Positions 13,763 through 25,615 of a DNA stretch of 64,000 nt are shown one piece after another. The notes beneath the pieces were generated by a model, which was not told where the DNA came from, did no database searches, and saw nothing but the letters and a program-made list of their open reading frames with translations. The stretch lies in assembly GCA_904063045.1 (NCBI GenBank), contig CAJFCJ010000006.1, positions 2,656,946-2,720,945 on the forward strand, written 5' to 3'. The translations under genes and the position numbers were made by a program. Position 1 is the stretch's first letter. Each line of letters begins with the position of its first letter. The DNA is from Dimorphilus gyrociliatus (lineage: Eukaryota > Animalia > Annelida).

Positions 13763-13769
13763 GTCAGAA
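13631..13769 (+). repeat. 15-bp direct repeat ACAGCTAAGTCAGAA bracketing the last SMARCAL1 coding exon
   Basis: Exact copies at 13631-13645 and 13755-13769. Confidence 0.9.
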
Positions 13770-13956
13770 ATGAACATTTTTTAAAGCGTATTACATTTAA
13801 TACTCAAATTGTAAAACGGAAATGTTTTGAATAGCATTGTAATTGTTTAGCACAGTGAACTAGAGCATTTTATATCGATATATGAAAAATTACTCAAGCT
13901 TTGTAATTATTTTGTAAGGACTAAAAATTTTATTGTCAAAAAAGTTATCTCTATTG

Positions 13957-14548
13957 CTATATATCTCTAAGAGATTTTATAGCATCAGCCAAATGTCTAA
14001 TGGTATCAGCTAATTGCAAAATAACTATAGGATCAGATTTGTTTGCCAAAAGTTGGGTCATTTCATTGATTTTTTGTTGCAACACTTGAATTGATGTTGA
14101 ATAATTGCCCGTTGAAGAGCCAGCCAGACAAACAGGAGCATTTGTTTCTTTTAATTTGTTTTCTTCTATCAAACTCTGCGCAGCTCTGTCATCTGTGGCT
14201 GAAATGAGATATTTTATTTGAAATAAGGCTAATGTGCTGCCGATGTACCTTTACCTGGATCATCTTTATCTGAATCTGACACTAAATCTATGCATGACAC
14301 GCAATGTTTTGTTTTGTCTTTGCTTTCTAAAAGGATGGTCTGTTGGGAAAAACATTTCTTAAATTTCTTTCAAGTATATAAAAGCACCAATTGCTCACTC
14401 CACAAGCTGGACATTCAGCATCTAACATTTTGTAGCCTTTCAGCAGATAAGATCCCATCGACTGACTAATCTTTGCAGATCTTTCTCGTCTCTTTTCCAG
14501 AACTTTACGTTCAGCTTCAGTTGGTGGTCGCCAATCGTCTTCAGACAT
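13957..14548 (-). CDS. ZNRD2: Zinc ribbon domain-containing protein 2 (SSSCA1), 3 exons
   Basis: 'WRPPTEAERKVLEKRRERSAKISQSMGSYLLKGYKMLDAECPACG' joined to exon 2 'TILLESKDKTKHCVSC' (CxxC...CxxC), with C-terminal helices 'LQQKINEMTQLL...LADTIRHLADAIKSL'. Confidence 0.92.
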
Positions 14549-15093
14549 AGCTAATTCTGCATATTCACATGGAATTTATATACATTATCGCTCTCAACAG
14601 TTATGAAATAGTACGTAATTGATAAAAAAGTTAATCTTAAGAATACGAATTTCTATATCGAATAGATATCGTAATGAAATTTAATAAGATAAGTAAGTCA
14701 ATATTAACAGACGATGAAAAACCTTAAATGTCTTGTTGAAACTAGTGATACGGTTAATATAGCCGGAACGAAGTAGTCTTAACTACCAGTTTTGCGAGCG
14801 AAATTTTACCTCACCTTAAACAGTTTGGCAACTTGGTTTTGTGTGTTTCTTAACATTATTCCATTGCTGAACAATCATTGTCATTATGAACATCTATATT
14901 CTATTTCCCATACAAATATCTAATAAATAATATTCTAAAAGAAAATTGAATAAGCATGATGATATCATCTCAAATTAAAATTTAGTTATTCAAAAGTAAT
15001 AGCAAACACTTTTCCAGCTGTAAAAAAGAGAAACCGACGCTTTTCTAGTTAAATCATTAAGGGGAAATTCACATTACATAACAATTTTTGAAA

Positions 15094-16205
15094 ATGACAC
15101 CGTCAGATGAAATATTCGGGGATGAAAAAGGGTAAAAATTCATATAAATGAAAAGGTTATTATCAGTAAAAAAGTTTAAAAATTATTATCTTTTTATAAT
15201 TATAGAAAATTATTTATTGGTGGTCTTAGTTGGCTTACAGAACATGATTCTCTTTATAAATACTTTGTTAAGTACGGTGAGATAGTCGATTGTGTCGTTA
15301 TGTATAATATAAGAACCAAGAAGTCAAGGGGTTTTGGTTTTATTAAGTTTTCTCAGGAAGAAGCGGCTGATAAAGTGCTTTTAGACGCTCCTCATATAAT
15401 TGACGATAAAGAAGTTGATGTTAAAATATGTAATCCTAGGCATTTGAATCAAGGACCAATTAAAAAAGATTTAGTAATGAGTAGAAAAGTGTTTGTAGGA
15501 GGTTTACCTTTGACTTGTTCAAGCTTACAATTAAAGAATGTTTTCTCTCAATATGGAAAGGTCAGTTCATTTTCTATCATTTAATATTATTACCTATTCT
15601 TTATGTCTTAGGTTGAAGAAGCTGTTGTTATAAATGATTCAACAGAAAAGTCAAGAGGTTTTGGCTTCATTACATTTAGAGATGTTACAGACGCCGAGAA
15701 GATATGTAAATTACATTTCTTTCAAATAAATGACAAACAAGTTGAATGTAAAAAGGCTCAAACTAAAAAAGATTTGATTAAATCAAAATATCCCACTGTT
15801 TCTCACGGTGGCGATGATGCAGGAAATTCGTCATGCTTACAACAATATCTACTAGCTTGTCATCAGTTTCAACTGCCCTATTATGATTATGGTAATTGTT
15901 AACTAAGTTCAAAATGTAGATTTATCAAAATCATTTAATCGATAGCTGCATCATCATTATCAGAAGCGAATTATCTGGGCCATGGTCTTCCTTGGTCTTT
16001 AAGTTCAGTTGGTCAACCCATGATGAACGCCGAATCGAATAGAATATATCAGTATCCATCAGAACCAATTTCGGCCTATGCAACACGTCAAAATGATTTT
16101 TCTGACTTCTTTCATATGTACAATCAACCTGACCTACTAGTTTCTCCTCACTTGACCTCATCATTACCGACAATAGTCTCAAAGAAATTACCTCACAGTA
16201 AGTAA
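15094..16205 (+). CDS. Two-RRM hnRNP A/B-Musashi family protein, DAZAP1/Hrb27C-like
   Basis: Spliced N-terminus MTPSDEIFGDEKG|KLFIGGLSW, RNP1 'SRGFGFIKF'. Second RRM 'KVFVGGLP...SRGFGFITF...VECKKAQ', then a low-complexity tail. Confidence 0.85.
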
Positions 16206-16403
16206 GTAGCCTTCATAGAAGAAAATTTATACCTCTAATTATACCGATCATCAAGATTGTAGCGTCTCTATGTAATTTCATATTTTTGCATATTTTATAA
16301 TATTATTAATTAAAATATATTCTTAGGAAAAGTTTAATTACTTAATTACTTAAGTAATTAGTCAATTGTGTTATTTTTTCAGTTTCTTTTTATAAAAGTT
16401 TAT

Positions 16404-17888
16404 TTAAGCATATTCCGTAAAGGATTCTTCGCCATCTTGAAGAATTGAACTAGATTTAATACTGAAATATATAGACATTGCTAAACAAAGAACAAATAAT
16501 ATAGCACCAATTGAATATAGTATTATTAGTTTTCTCCTCTCCTTTATATCCAGTTGAATTAAACATCCGCTTTTGTAGAAGCTATTTTCATCAACACCTT
16601 CAATTGAGGGAAAGAGCAAACATTACTATTGAACACTTATTAAAAAAATAATATATATATATATATACAATAGTATGGTTTGTTTTGTTGAAATTCTAAT
16701 GAAATATTTGAATATCCATGGCAACGTTCATTAGCCTTTTGAAAACAATTCCAAAATTCACACTTATTCACAGATTTTCCATTACAAAGCCAAAATTCAC
16801 ATCTGCACTCTATTTAAAAGAGAATTGAATAAATAGTATAGTTCTATAATAGACTTATGAGTTTTTACTTGAATTGCAAGTTTTTCTAATATATTCATTA
16901 ATATTCTCCATCTTTTCTTCGGAGAATTGATAATTTTTCAAGCATCTTGAATAATCTTCGTATAGATTACAAATCCTTTGAAAATTGTAACCCTTATTCA
17001 AAGAATTATTAATTCTTATATGATAAATCCAACATTTTGGACTTTTCTTTACTTTCTTTTTATAAATAGCTTCTTTTAGACGTTTTTCATAGATATTTCT
17101 ATATAAACAATGACTATTAATATTTATCATCCTTAAAATACCACTCTTATCATCTTCCTTGCATGAACTATTTCTAAAAGAAACGAAACGTTCGTCAGTA
17201 ATATTCCAAGCATTTAAAATATTCCTTGAACAAGTTTGCCGTAAACAATCATCACTAAACGATCTTTTACATTGCATTAATTTGCATATTAATTCTAAAG
17301 AATATTAATAAAACAATAACGTTTATTATTATAATTTATTCAAAGAATATTAATTAAATTTTTACTTACTTTTATTACAATGACTGATTGTAAATTTCTT
17401 TAAATCATTCATTTGAATTTGGCAATTATTTATCTTGTTTAAACAGTCTAATAAATATTCATATCCAGCACATTGTGCAATAGGATTTATAAAATGTTTA
17501 CTCTCTATTTTATAAAATGTATTAAAACAGAATTCTATAGAAGATCGACAAATTTGAGATTGAGTTGCTTCGTTTATAATGCTTAAGTAAAATTTTTTAT
17601 CGATAGTTTCATCTAGACCATAATTAAGACCTATTTTTGTATATATTATTATTACTTAATATAGGTTTAATTATTCTATGATTTAGCATTTCCAAACAGA
17701 AAAGTGAAGGTCAAATTAGATTACTAGACTATACAGATATTATTATTATAGCCCTATGAAAAGTAGCGAAATAGCCTCGAATCATAGAATAATAGGCATT
17801 TTTTATTATAAAAGATTAAATTCAAGTTAAAAAACTTACCAATAAAAACATTTATAGTAAGGAATATATTAAATTTCCCAATCATCAT
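16404..17888 (-). CDS. Orphan cysteine-rich type-I membrane protein, paralog 1 (exons 17888-17840, 17630-17370, 17294-16869, 16809-16669, 16597-16404)
   Basis: All junctions are GT-AG and phase 1, and the frame is open throughout. Short hydrophobic N-terminus MMIGKFNIFLTINVFIG, repeated Cys domains, C-terminal TM 'LIILYSIGAILFVLCLAMSIYFSI'. Confidence 0.75.
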
Positions 17889-18772
17889 TGTTTTCTTTTT
17901 TTTATTAATATCTTATTTATTATTGAATTATCTGAAAAAGAATAGAAATTCTGATATTTTATTTAATATATATATTTAAGAAATAGAATAATAAGATATA
18001 AAAATACATTAATCTTATATTGTTAATAGGCCATGCGCTTTGCACAATTCGTATTGCATTAGGGTTTTTTGTCTGGTTGAATGGAATATAAGTTAAGATA
18101 TATATATATATATATTTTTTAAAGTAAATATGCTAAGGGGAAAAGAAGAGAGGAAGATAAGAAAGAGAGAGAGAGAATGAAAGAGTTATTTACCTCCTTA
18201 TCAATAAAAGTATAATATAAAGGGTACCGTCTAACACATGTATCTATATAATTAATTTGATTTTCTATTATAACATGAAAGAAAAAATTGTACAAATGCG
18301 TTTATGTACTAAAATATACACTGTAAATATATTGCCGTTCACTTACCTAAAGTACTCAATTAGTAGTTACTCAGCTGAAGTATATTACAAATGACTCCAC
18401 AAATATAATCAATAAATTAATTTAGCTGTTAATACAGTATTGTTTTTAAATGTTTCTGTTTGTAGGATATAGTAAGTGATTAAACTTATAAACTATTCAT
18501 TAATCCTTTTCAATATCATATGGGTCATATAATTTTTGATTATTATCATATCATTTGATTGAAAAACATACTGTTTTATTCCACTATTTTTCTCTATTTA
18601 TAAAGATTTCAATATATGCTTAATACAATATACATTTTCCTATATTTTGATAAAATATTCAAATAATCTCTAAGGTGAATTATTAAAAATAAGAAAAAGA
18701 GGAAAATAGACGTAATCTTTACTGGTATTAACAATAAAGGTTTTTTTTAGACACTATAAACCTTGACAGATA

Positions 18773-18775
<3 letters not shown>

Positions 18776-18814
<39 letters not shown>
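18776..18814. repeat. (TA)n microsatellite
   Basis: TA run with one interruption. Confidence 0.9.
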
Positions 18815-18815
<1 letters not shown>

Positions 18816-19520
18816 CAGTTTTCTGTATATATTATATCTTTTACTATACAAAAAATACTTGTCTAAAGAACTGGTTGCAAGAAATGAAGTACAATCTTGG
18901 ATAAAGGCATCTTTTATACTCTTTAAAAACTAATATAAAACATCTTCTTTTCTGTTTTTAACCATAAACCTCTTATGAATTGTTCATAATTTCTTAAGTA
19001 TTTTTATATTAAATAATCAGATTGTTATAAATTTTTACCATCTTCTTTATATTATTAACATCTTTTGTGGATTTTTGTAAATTTATCGCAAAAAAAAGAA
19101 AACAAAACTAGGTTGAATGAGGTCTTTTGTAATATTAGGCCAGTTTGTTAGCCTTCAGAAAATTCTCCTTGTCTTTGTATTATTTAAAGTTACGTAATTA
19201 AATATAACGCAATACTAGACAAAAGTCTGTCTATAAATCCTAAAAAAAGAAACCTATTGTAAACTTATCCAAATCTCGAAAATAAAAACACTACATTTAT
19301 AAATCTTATTTTCCTTATATATAATATTTTTCTGTATTTTTATGTTTTTTTTTTAAAAACAAAATTATACTTTTTATTTTTTTTTCTCTACAAAAAAAAA
19401 ATGAAGTAATTAAAATCAATTTTGAAAAAAATATGAAGAAAAATAGATGAGTTTCATTTGTTTGATTTCGTTTAAAAATAATGATATAAAAGAAAGAAAT
19501 GGATAAGAGTTTTTAGTTTG

Positions 19521-20734
19521 TTACTTTTCAATTTGATCAACGAATCTTTTGAGTATTGCGAATATTGAGATCATCGTTGAAAATAAAAAAAAGAGTATAA
19601 TTGATGTATTTAGCGTTGATTCTTTACCCGGGCCTATAAAAAAAGAAAAGATAAAAGATTTAAAAACTGGTAATCTAAAATGAATTATACAGTATATATA
19701 TATACAGTATATACATACATTGTCGAATTGCTTTGCCATAACTTCTTTTAACGTGTGTAGTATAAGAATCGCAATCTTCAAAAGCATTTTTAAAGCAATA
19801 CCAAGTATTACAGCCATTAACGACTAGTCCGTTACATCTTTTCAAAACCGATTGACACTCTATTTTAGAATGAAACGATAAAATGATAATAAACAATACA
19901 ATTGTATAATAAATAATAAAATATTTACCTTTACTACAATAATCTTTAATATATCCTTTAACTACATCAAAATTTTCAATAATACAATCGTTTTGTAGTC
20001 TTTCAAGGCATTTCAATTGCATTTGATAAGATATACATACTTCTTCAGCGTCGTAATAACTTTTCATATAAAAATCAATGTGTTTCCATAAAAGTTCATT
20101 ACATTTCAATATTTCTCTTCCGCATTGTCTATTGTTTAAGTACGTTTTATGAAAATGTGGTATTTCTATTTCGTTTAAGGCGAAATTTTCGTAAAATTCT
20201 TTCGTAAAAGACATTTCTAAAAGGACTTAAAAATTATTTTAATAAGTTTTTCCATTTTTAAACAGTTTTTCTTTAAAAAAACAAAATAAGAAACTAAATT
20301 TTTCTATTACCAAAAATTTGACAAATTAAGAAGGTCCGATTCATTATTTTTTTAAATAGTAGATTAGAAATGAGACTATTTGAGTATTAGTGTTGCTAAT
20401 AAATATATATTCTTAAGTTATCCTTTCATCAAAGAAAGTAGGGAAGAAGAGGAGGAGTAGGAGGAGGAGATGAGGTAGACGAGAGGAATAAGAAATGAAA
20501 AATATTCCAAAATATGAGGGCAGAACAGTTTTGTGTAAAATGCACAAATGTACTAATTGATACTACTCAACATAAATACACCTTTAAATTTCGTATTATA
20601 CAATACATATTGAAATTAAAGCAACTTCTTTTTCTTTTACTATAAAAAATAAGGTCAAATTTTAGGTCAACGACGTAAAAAAAAACAAGAAAAAGAGAGA
20701 AGATATAGACAGACACTAAGCTAATTATCTTCAT
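19521..20734 (-). CDS. Orphan cysteine-rich membrane-anchored protein, paralog 2 (exons 20734-20641, 20216-19929, 19859-19719, 19633-19521)
   Basis: Signal-like MKIISLVSVYIFSLFLVFFY (exon 1 is tentative), Cys domains A and B, hydrophobic tail 'SIILFFLFSTMISIFAIL'. All introns are GT-AG phase 1. Confidence 0.72.
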
Positions 20735-21459
20735 TTTATTTTCATCCTTAATTTTACTTTTTCAAGTGCAAATGTAAAGGAAAAACAACAAATGCAAAAT
20801 TTTCTCATAAATAACGTAATTCGATATTTCAATTGTCTCGCTCACTTTAGAAATAGGAAGAGATATTTGGATTTTTTTCATTGATAATCTTCTACTTTTA
20901 TTTGAAATTAACATAAAAATAATCATAATTAATAGAGAAAAATGATAAAGATAAGAAAATGTATAAAATAAATCATAATGAAAGGGAAGAGAGGATATAT
21001 TTACATTTTATTTATAAACATTAAATAACCTCAAAAATAACCTTAAATACAATTATAATAGTAAAATAATAGGGAGCAGTCTTACAATCAGTCCTATGTA
21101 AAAATTCAAAATGTTGAACTGATATAGATTTTACACGTTGCATCATTCTTTTCCCCTTTAATTTAAAAAGGATGTTAACTTCCAATCCAATACTTCCTGC
21201 CAGTCTCGTCTCTTCCAAGAACTGGTTTAATATGTCAAACATAAATGAATTACTAGCGTTAGTTAGATAGCCTTTATTCAGGACACTATTATTTTATCTC
21301 CTTTGTCTTAAGTGTTCGAGAATTTTGTAATAAATAGAGGAAAATTTTACCATAGTAAACAGTTCTCAGAATATTTTTAACTGGTATATATATATATGTA
21401 TATATATCAGAAATTTTCATTCAGGCATCTTGGTAGATTTGATTTTTGACTCGTCAAAT

Positions 21460-22185
21460 ATGAAATTTTATTCAATTTTTATTGCAGTTTTTACGTTTTA
21501 TGGTAAGTTTTTTAATTCTTTTATTTTGTTTTTTTAAAAAAAATATTAAATAGTTAATATTTTAATACGATATTTTATTCGATAGTTTGCGAATTAATGA
21601 TGAACGTTAAAAGTGAAAGAATGATAGAAAGGAGTAAGTTATCACTCAAAATGAAATATGATTTGTTGAGAAGACAAAAAAGATCTTGGGCTGATAATCG
21701 ATGTAAGACACTTATCGATGACTGTACTAATGAAATGGTAAATGCATTTAATCAGCAAAAGTCGAATGGCTATAATAGCGCAAAATATTGTGATATTTAT
21801 CATGATCTTCAAAAGTGTATTAAGAATGTTGAAATAGAATATTCCTGCCAAATACACGGAAGGGAGCAAAGTTATAAGATAATTGATAAATTCTGTTCAA
21901 ACGGTATGTTCATCTTCATTATAGATTGCTTATACTATACATTAAATAAACTATGATTATAGGCTGTCAAAGGGAATTAGAAGATTGTCTGGGTCTTGAT
22001 ATAAATTCTTGCGAACTATTTTATTGTCGTAAAAAGTCTTTCAAAAAGTGTGGAGTGTTCAAAATTCCTGGAAGTAGAAAAATTTTTCTCGAAAAGAACA
22101 AAAAATGTAATAATACATATTATTATTAAATAAATAATAATAATAATAAACAAACTAAACAAACAAAACAGGTACAAAACATTAA
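21460..22185 (+). CDS. Orphan cysteine-rich secreted protein, paralog 3 (exons 21460-21502, 21586-21903, 21963-22106, tentative 22172-22185)
   Basis: Signal MKFYSIFIAVFTFYVC, furin-like RRQKR/S, Cys domains A and B. The tentative last exon gives C-T-K-H-stop; if unspliced the protein ends CNNTYYY*. Confidence 0.72.
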
Positions 22186-23121
22186 GAAAAAGGGAGAAAT
22201 AAAGCCCGTGAAAGAAATATCTCGGAATTTCCTATAATTATTGAATAACAATGGGATAAAGAAGTGATTATTTCTTGTGTTCTTCGTCTATATGTTTTGT
22301 TATATATTTTTATATTTTGACAATGTATGTGTTTACTTCTCGGGGCAACTTTTCTTCTGATTTATCTACTAAAGTATTCTATATTCTAGACTTTTAGCAA
22401 CTTTTTCGTATTAATACAAAATCTATAATATAGTAATTATTTAAGTTTCTCTAGAGTACTGTAAAAGACCTTGCGAAATGAAAGCACCATAATGGCAACC
22501 AGTTAAAGTTAATTCAATAAGCTATTATTATCAGTTGAATAATATCAACTTGAAATATCTCCTTTTCAAATGCGGATTAGAAATAGTACAATAGCTCAAG
22601 GTCACCCTTAAAAGCATGTGCATTAGTTTTCAAAGAAATTCTATACATTGTATTAAAAATCTCCTATCTATTAAGGTTAAGGAGAAAAGTTTTAATTAAT
22701 CTTTACAACTTACAAACGTGTTATTTATCAATGTAAGCTCATTCTTAAATAGAAAAAATCAACCAATAAGAAAGGAATAACTAAACAATTTACTTTTCCG
22801 AATAGGTCCTGGAAATGGTAAACCAATGCTCCCTACTGAAATCTCGTGCAGTAGAGAAAAATAATCAAAATATATCTAGTATTTAATATTTTTACCTTTG
22901 TTTATAATCTCTATATTCACTTCCGGTGCTTATAATACTTAATGCAGAACATGAAATATTAAAATATCTTGTTATGCAAGAAAATAAAAGTAAACAATTG
23001 AATTAGAAATTCTTTATGTTTGATTTCTGTTGTTCTATTTAAATTTGTTTTTATTAAAAGAAAGATTTACAGATTGTAATAATTAAAGTGCAGTAATATT
23101 TGCAATATTAGTGTAAGATAC

Positions 23122-23148
23122 GAGAAAGAGAGAGACAGAGAGAGAGAG
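23122..23148. repeat. (GA)n microsatellite, imperfect
   Basis: gagaaagagagagacagagagagagag. Confidence 0.8.
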
Positions 23149-24335
23149 CCAGAGTGATGTTATTTACCATTTTAAAGATATCTTTGGTACTTTGTGTATT
23201 TGAAATACAAGCTCTAAAATAGGTTAAGACGTAAAAAACAACCTTTATACACCTTTCTGCCTGATTTTCATTTAAATATGAATGAATATATTTCTCTTAC
23301 AAGAGCTGACTAACGGATGAATGACACAATGACCTTTAGTATTACCAGTACGGTGTTTTTTTCTACTTCTCATTAACCTAAATATATTAAGTTAATATAT
23401 ATATATTTTTCTCCTTCACTCTGCTTTTTAGAAGTCTTCCTTGTACTCTTTTCAATTTCCCCTTTTCATTCTTTACCAACCTACATGCTGAACTTTCCTT
23501 AAATAGACGCTTTAAATAGATAAAAGAGTTAAAATTCTGAGAGGTCAGAAAATTTGAATAACTAGAATGAGATCAATAATAGTCGTATCGTAGTTCAGCT
23601 AAGAAAAGCTGCAGAGTTTGTAGGATTAAAACTTTTATAAATACCAATCTCATTCGAATACTAATGCCATCTATTGGTATAGTATACTTGATTTACTTGA
23701 TCATTAAATTATTAACATTTAAGCATTCTTTATTATTTTTTATAAATTTCTAAGAAAACGACATTTTCAAGTTCTTTTCTTTTGAAAGAAGGTTAAATGC
23801 AATAAAAAAGGCAAGGGGTATGCATACAAAGTATTAAATATTATAATTTTGTCATATACAACTGTATACCTATCTGAAATGTATAAAAATGGCGACAAAA
23901 GCTAAATAACCACGACAAATTGAGCCGCAATGACAAAGGCGGTAAGTCACAACCAATAAGCAAGCAATGTGTACCTTTCGTTTGTTCAGCGCTGTCATTA
24001 TATTTTATTAGCGCGTTTGTCGTGCAGAAGAAAAGAGCCCATACCATCAAGTACTGGTCCAAATAGCACCAAATGAAGCCACTTAGAAGAGTGATGTATA
24101 GCCCATACTATCAAACGATTTAGTGAGTTATACTTTAAATTTGATCTTCTTATGTTTTAATAAACGAGAATTTATGGTGGTCGCCATATTAAATGTTTCA
24201 CGTGGTTAATAATTATCAAAGGAACTCGTTTCCTTTCATTCAGTAAAGACATACAGTGCTGAAACAAATGTTCCGTAAAACCGAATTTTTTTTATAAGGG
24301 CTATTTTGAAGGATAATAGGATTTTGGACAAGTAC

Positions 24336-25615
24336 TTATCTACAACCCCATGGCAGGAAAGTACAGTTGCAAGTGTTATGCTCCATATTAAACTTCACAA
24401 AGGTATATAATTCTCTATCTCCCTCACTCATCACAGATGAAAACAAGTGTTCTACATTGCAGAGAGGCATTAGTCGGACTCCAAATGGAATCCAAGGGTT
24501 CTTGTAACACAATGTCTCTATAGCACTGAAGTCTTGGTTTAATACCAAATGGCACTCCTGGAAATCTTTATTTGGCAATATCGACTGTATATTTGTAATA
24601 TTCCCCATAAAATATTGCAGTTGATTGAAGTCTAAAATTCTGCAGTATTCTTCAGACATTTGCTTAATAACTCTTATTGTTGACCTGTTTTCATTGTTCC
24701 ACCTATTCATGAATTCATCATCAGGATACTCTAGAGCTTCAATGATATAATCGGTGAATGGGATTATAAACAGCTTATCTCCTTTAAAATACTTAGGTTC
24801 TTTTTTACCCCATTTGTTCTTTAAATGTGTATATAACTCATTCAGACGGAGGCTTGGAATATTAATAATATCTGAGTAGAAAGCATATTCCAGTTTCATT
24901 ATAATATCGACGTATGGCAAGTGATCATTGATTTTGAAATGTTTATTTCCCAGGATTGTATACCCAATCACTTTATTATATATTGGATATATACTTCCTT
25001 TAATAACTTGAATTATATCATCGCTGTTTCTTAGAAGATGAACATCTAAAAGACGCTGTATACATGTTTGACGTTGAGGAATATAGACATAAATCAGTAG
25101 GAAATTCTGTTCTCCAATGGTTTGTATCGTAAATATGAGAAATAATCGAGAAGAACGATTCAAGAGTTTTCTGGTGTATATTTTATAATGATTGTAATAT
25201 CTTATAGCATATTCATGAAATTCTTGCATAAAATCTTCCTGTGTTATGTTCAAGTCCCGCAGTTTGGCTCTACAATTCGGAGAATTCAATATGTCAGATC
25301 CATATTCTGACATTTTTGTAAATAGGAAATCCCTTGAACTTTCTAATAGAAAATAAATACATTTTGCATATAAAATTTAGTTCGATCAAGTAGCATCAAA
25401 TATATTAATAGAATAGACATTTATATAAAGCACTATGATACAATTTTACGGCTGGAAAGAGCGCCATCTGTTTTAATGTAAAAGCAGTTGACGAAACGCG
25501 AAAAATTTTATTACGGATAATAGTATAAACATAAACTAAAGTTACCTGTAGATTCAAGAGAGTAGGACACTTCGGCGTGTTCTGCGGAGGATCTTAAGTC
25601 AATAGTACTTCCCAT
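24336..25615 (-). CDS. Hypothetical protein of unknown family, about 346 aa; probable exon 1 25615-25546 plus a large exon 25306-24336
   Basis: A 325-codon open frame in AT-rich DNA. The upstream exon MGSTIDLRSSAEHAEVSYSLEST(E) has a GT donor and a phase-1 match to the acceptor at 25307-25308. Confidence 0.6.

Noticed and set aside
20758-20808. Alternative first exon MRKFCICCFSFTFALEK for Cys-rich paralog 2
   Set aside because: Its donor is phase 0, but the acceptor at 20217-20218 needs phase 1. The 20734-20641 exon fits the phase and looks more like a signal peptide.
23841-24190. Hydrophobic minus-strand ORF/exon (YGLYITLLSGFIWCYLDQYLMVWALFF...)
   Set aside because: Joining it to the upstream ATG needs a 26-nt intron, and no downstream exon could be found. 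It cannot be supported without transcripts.
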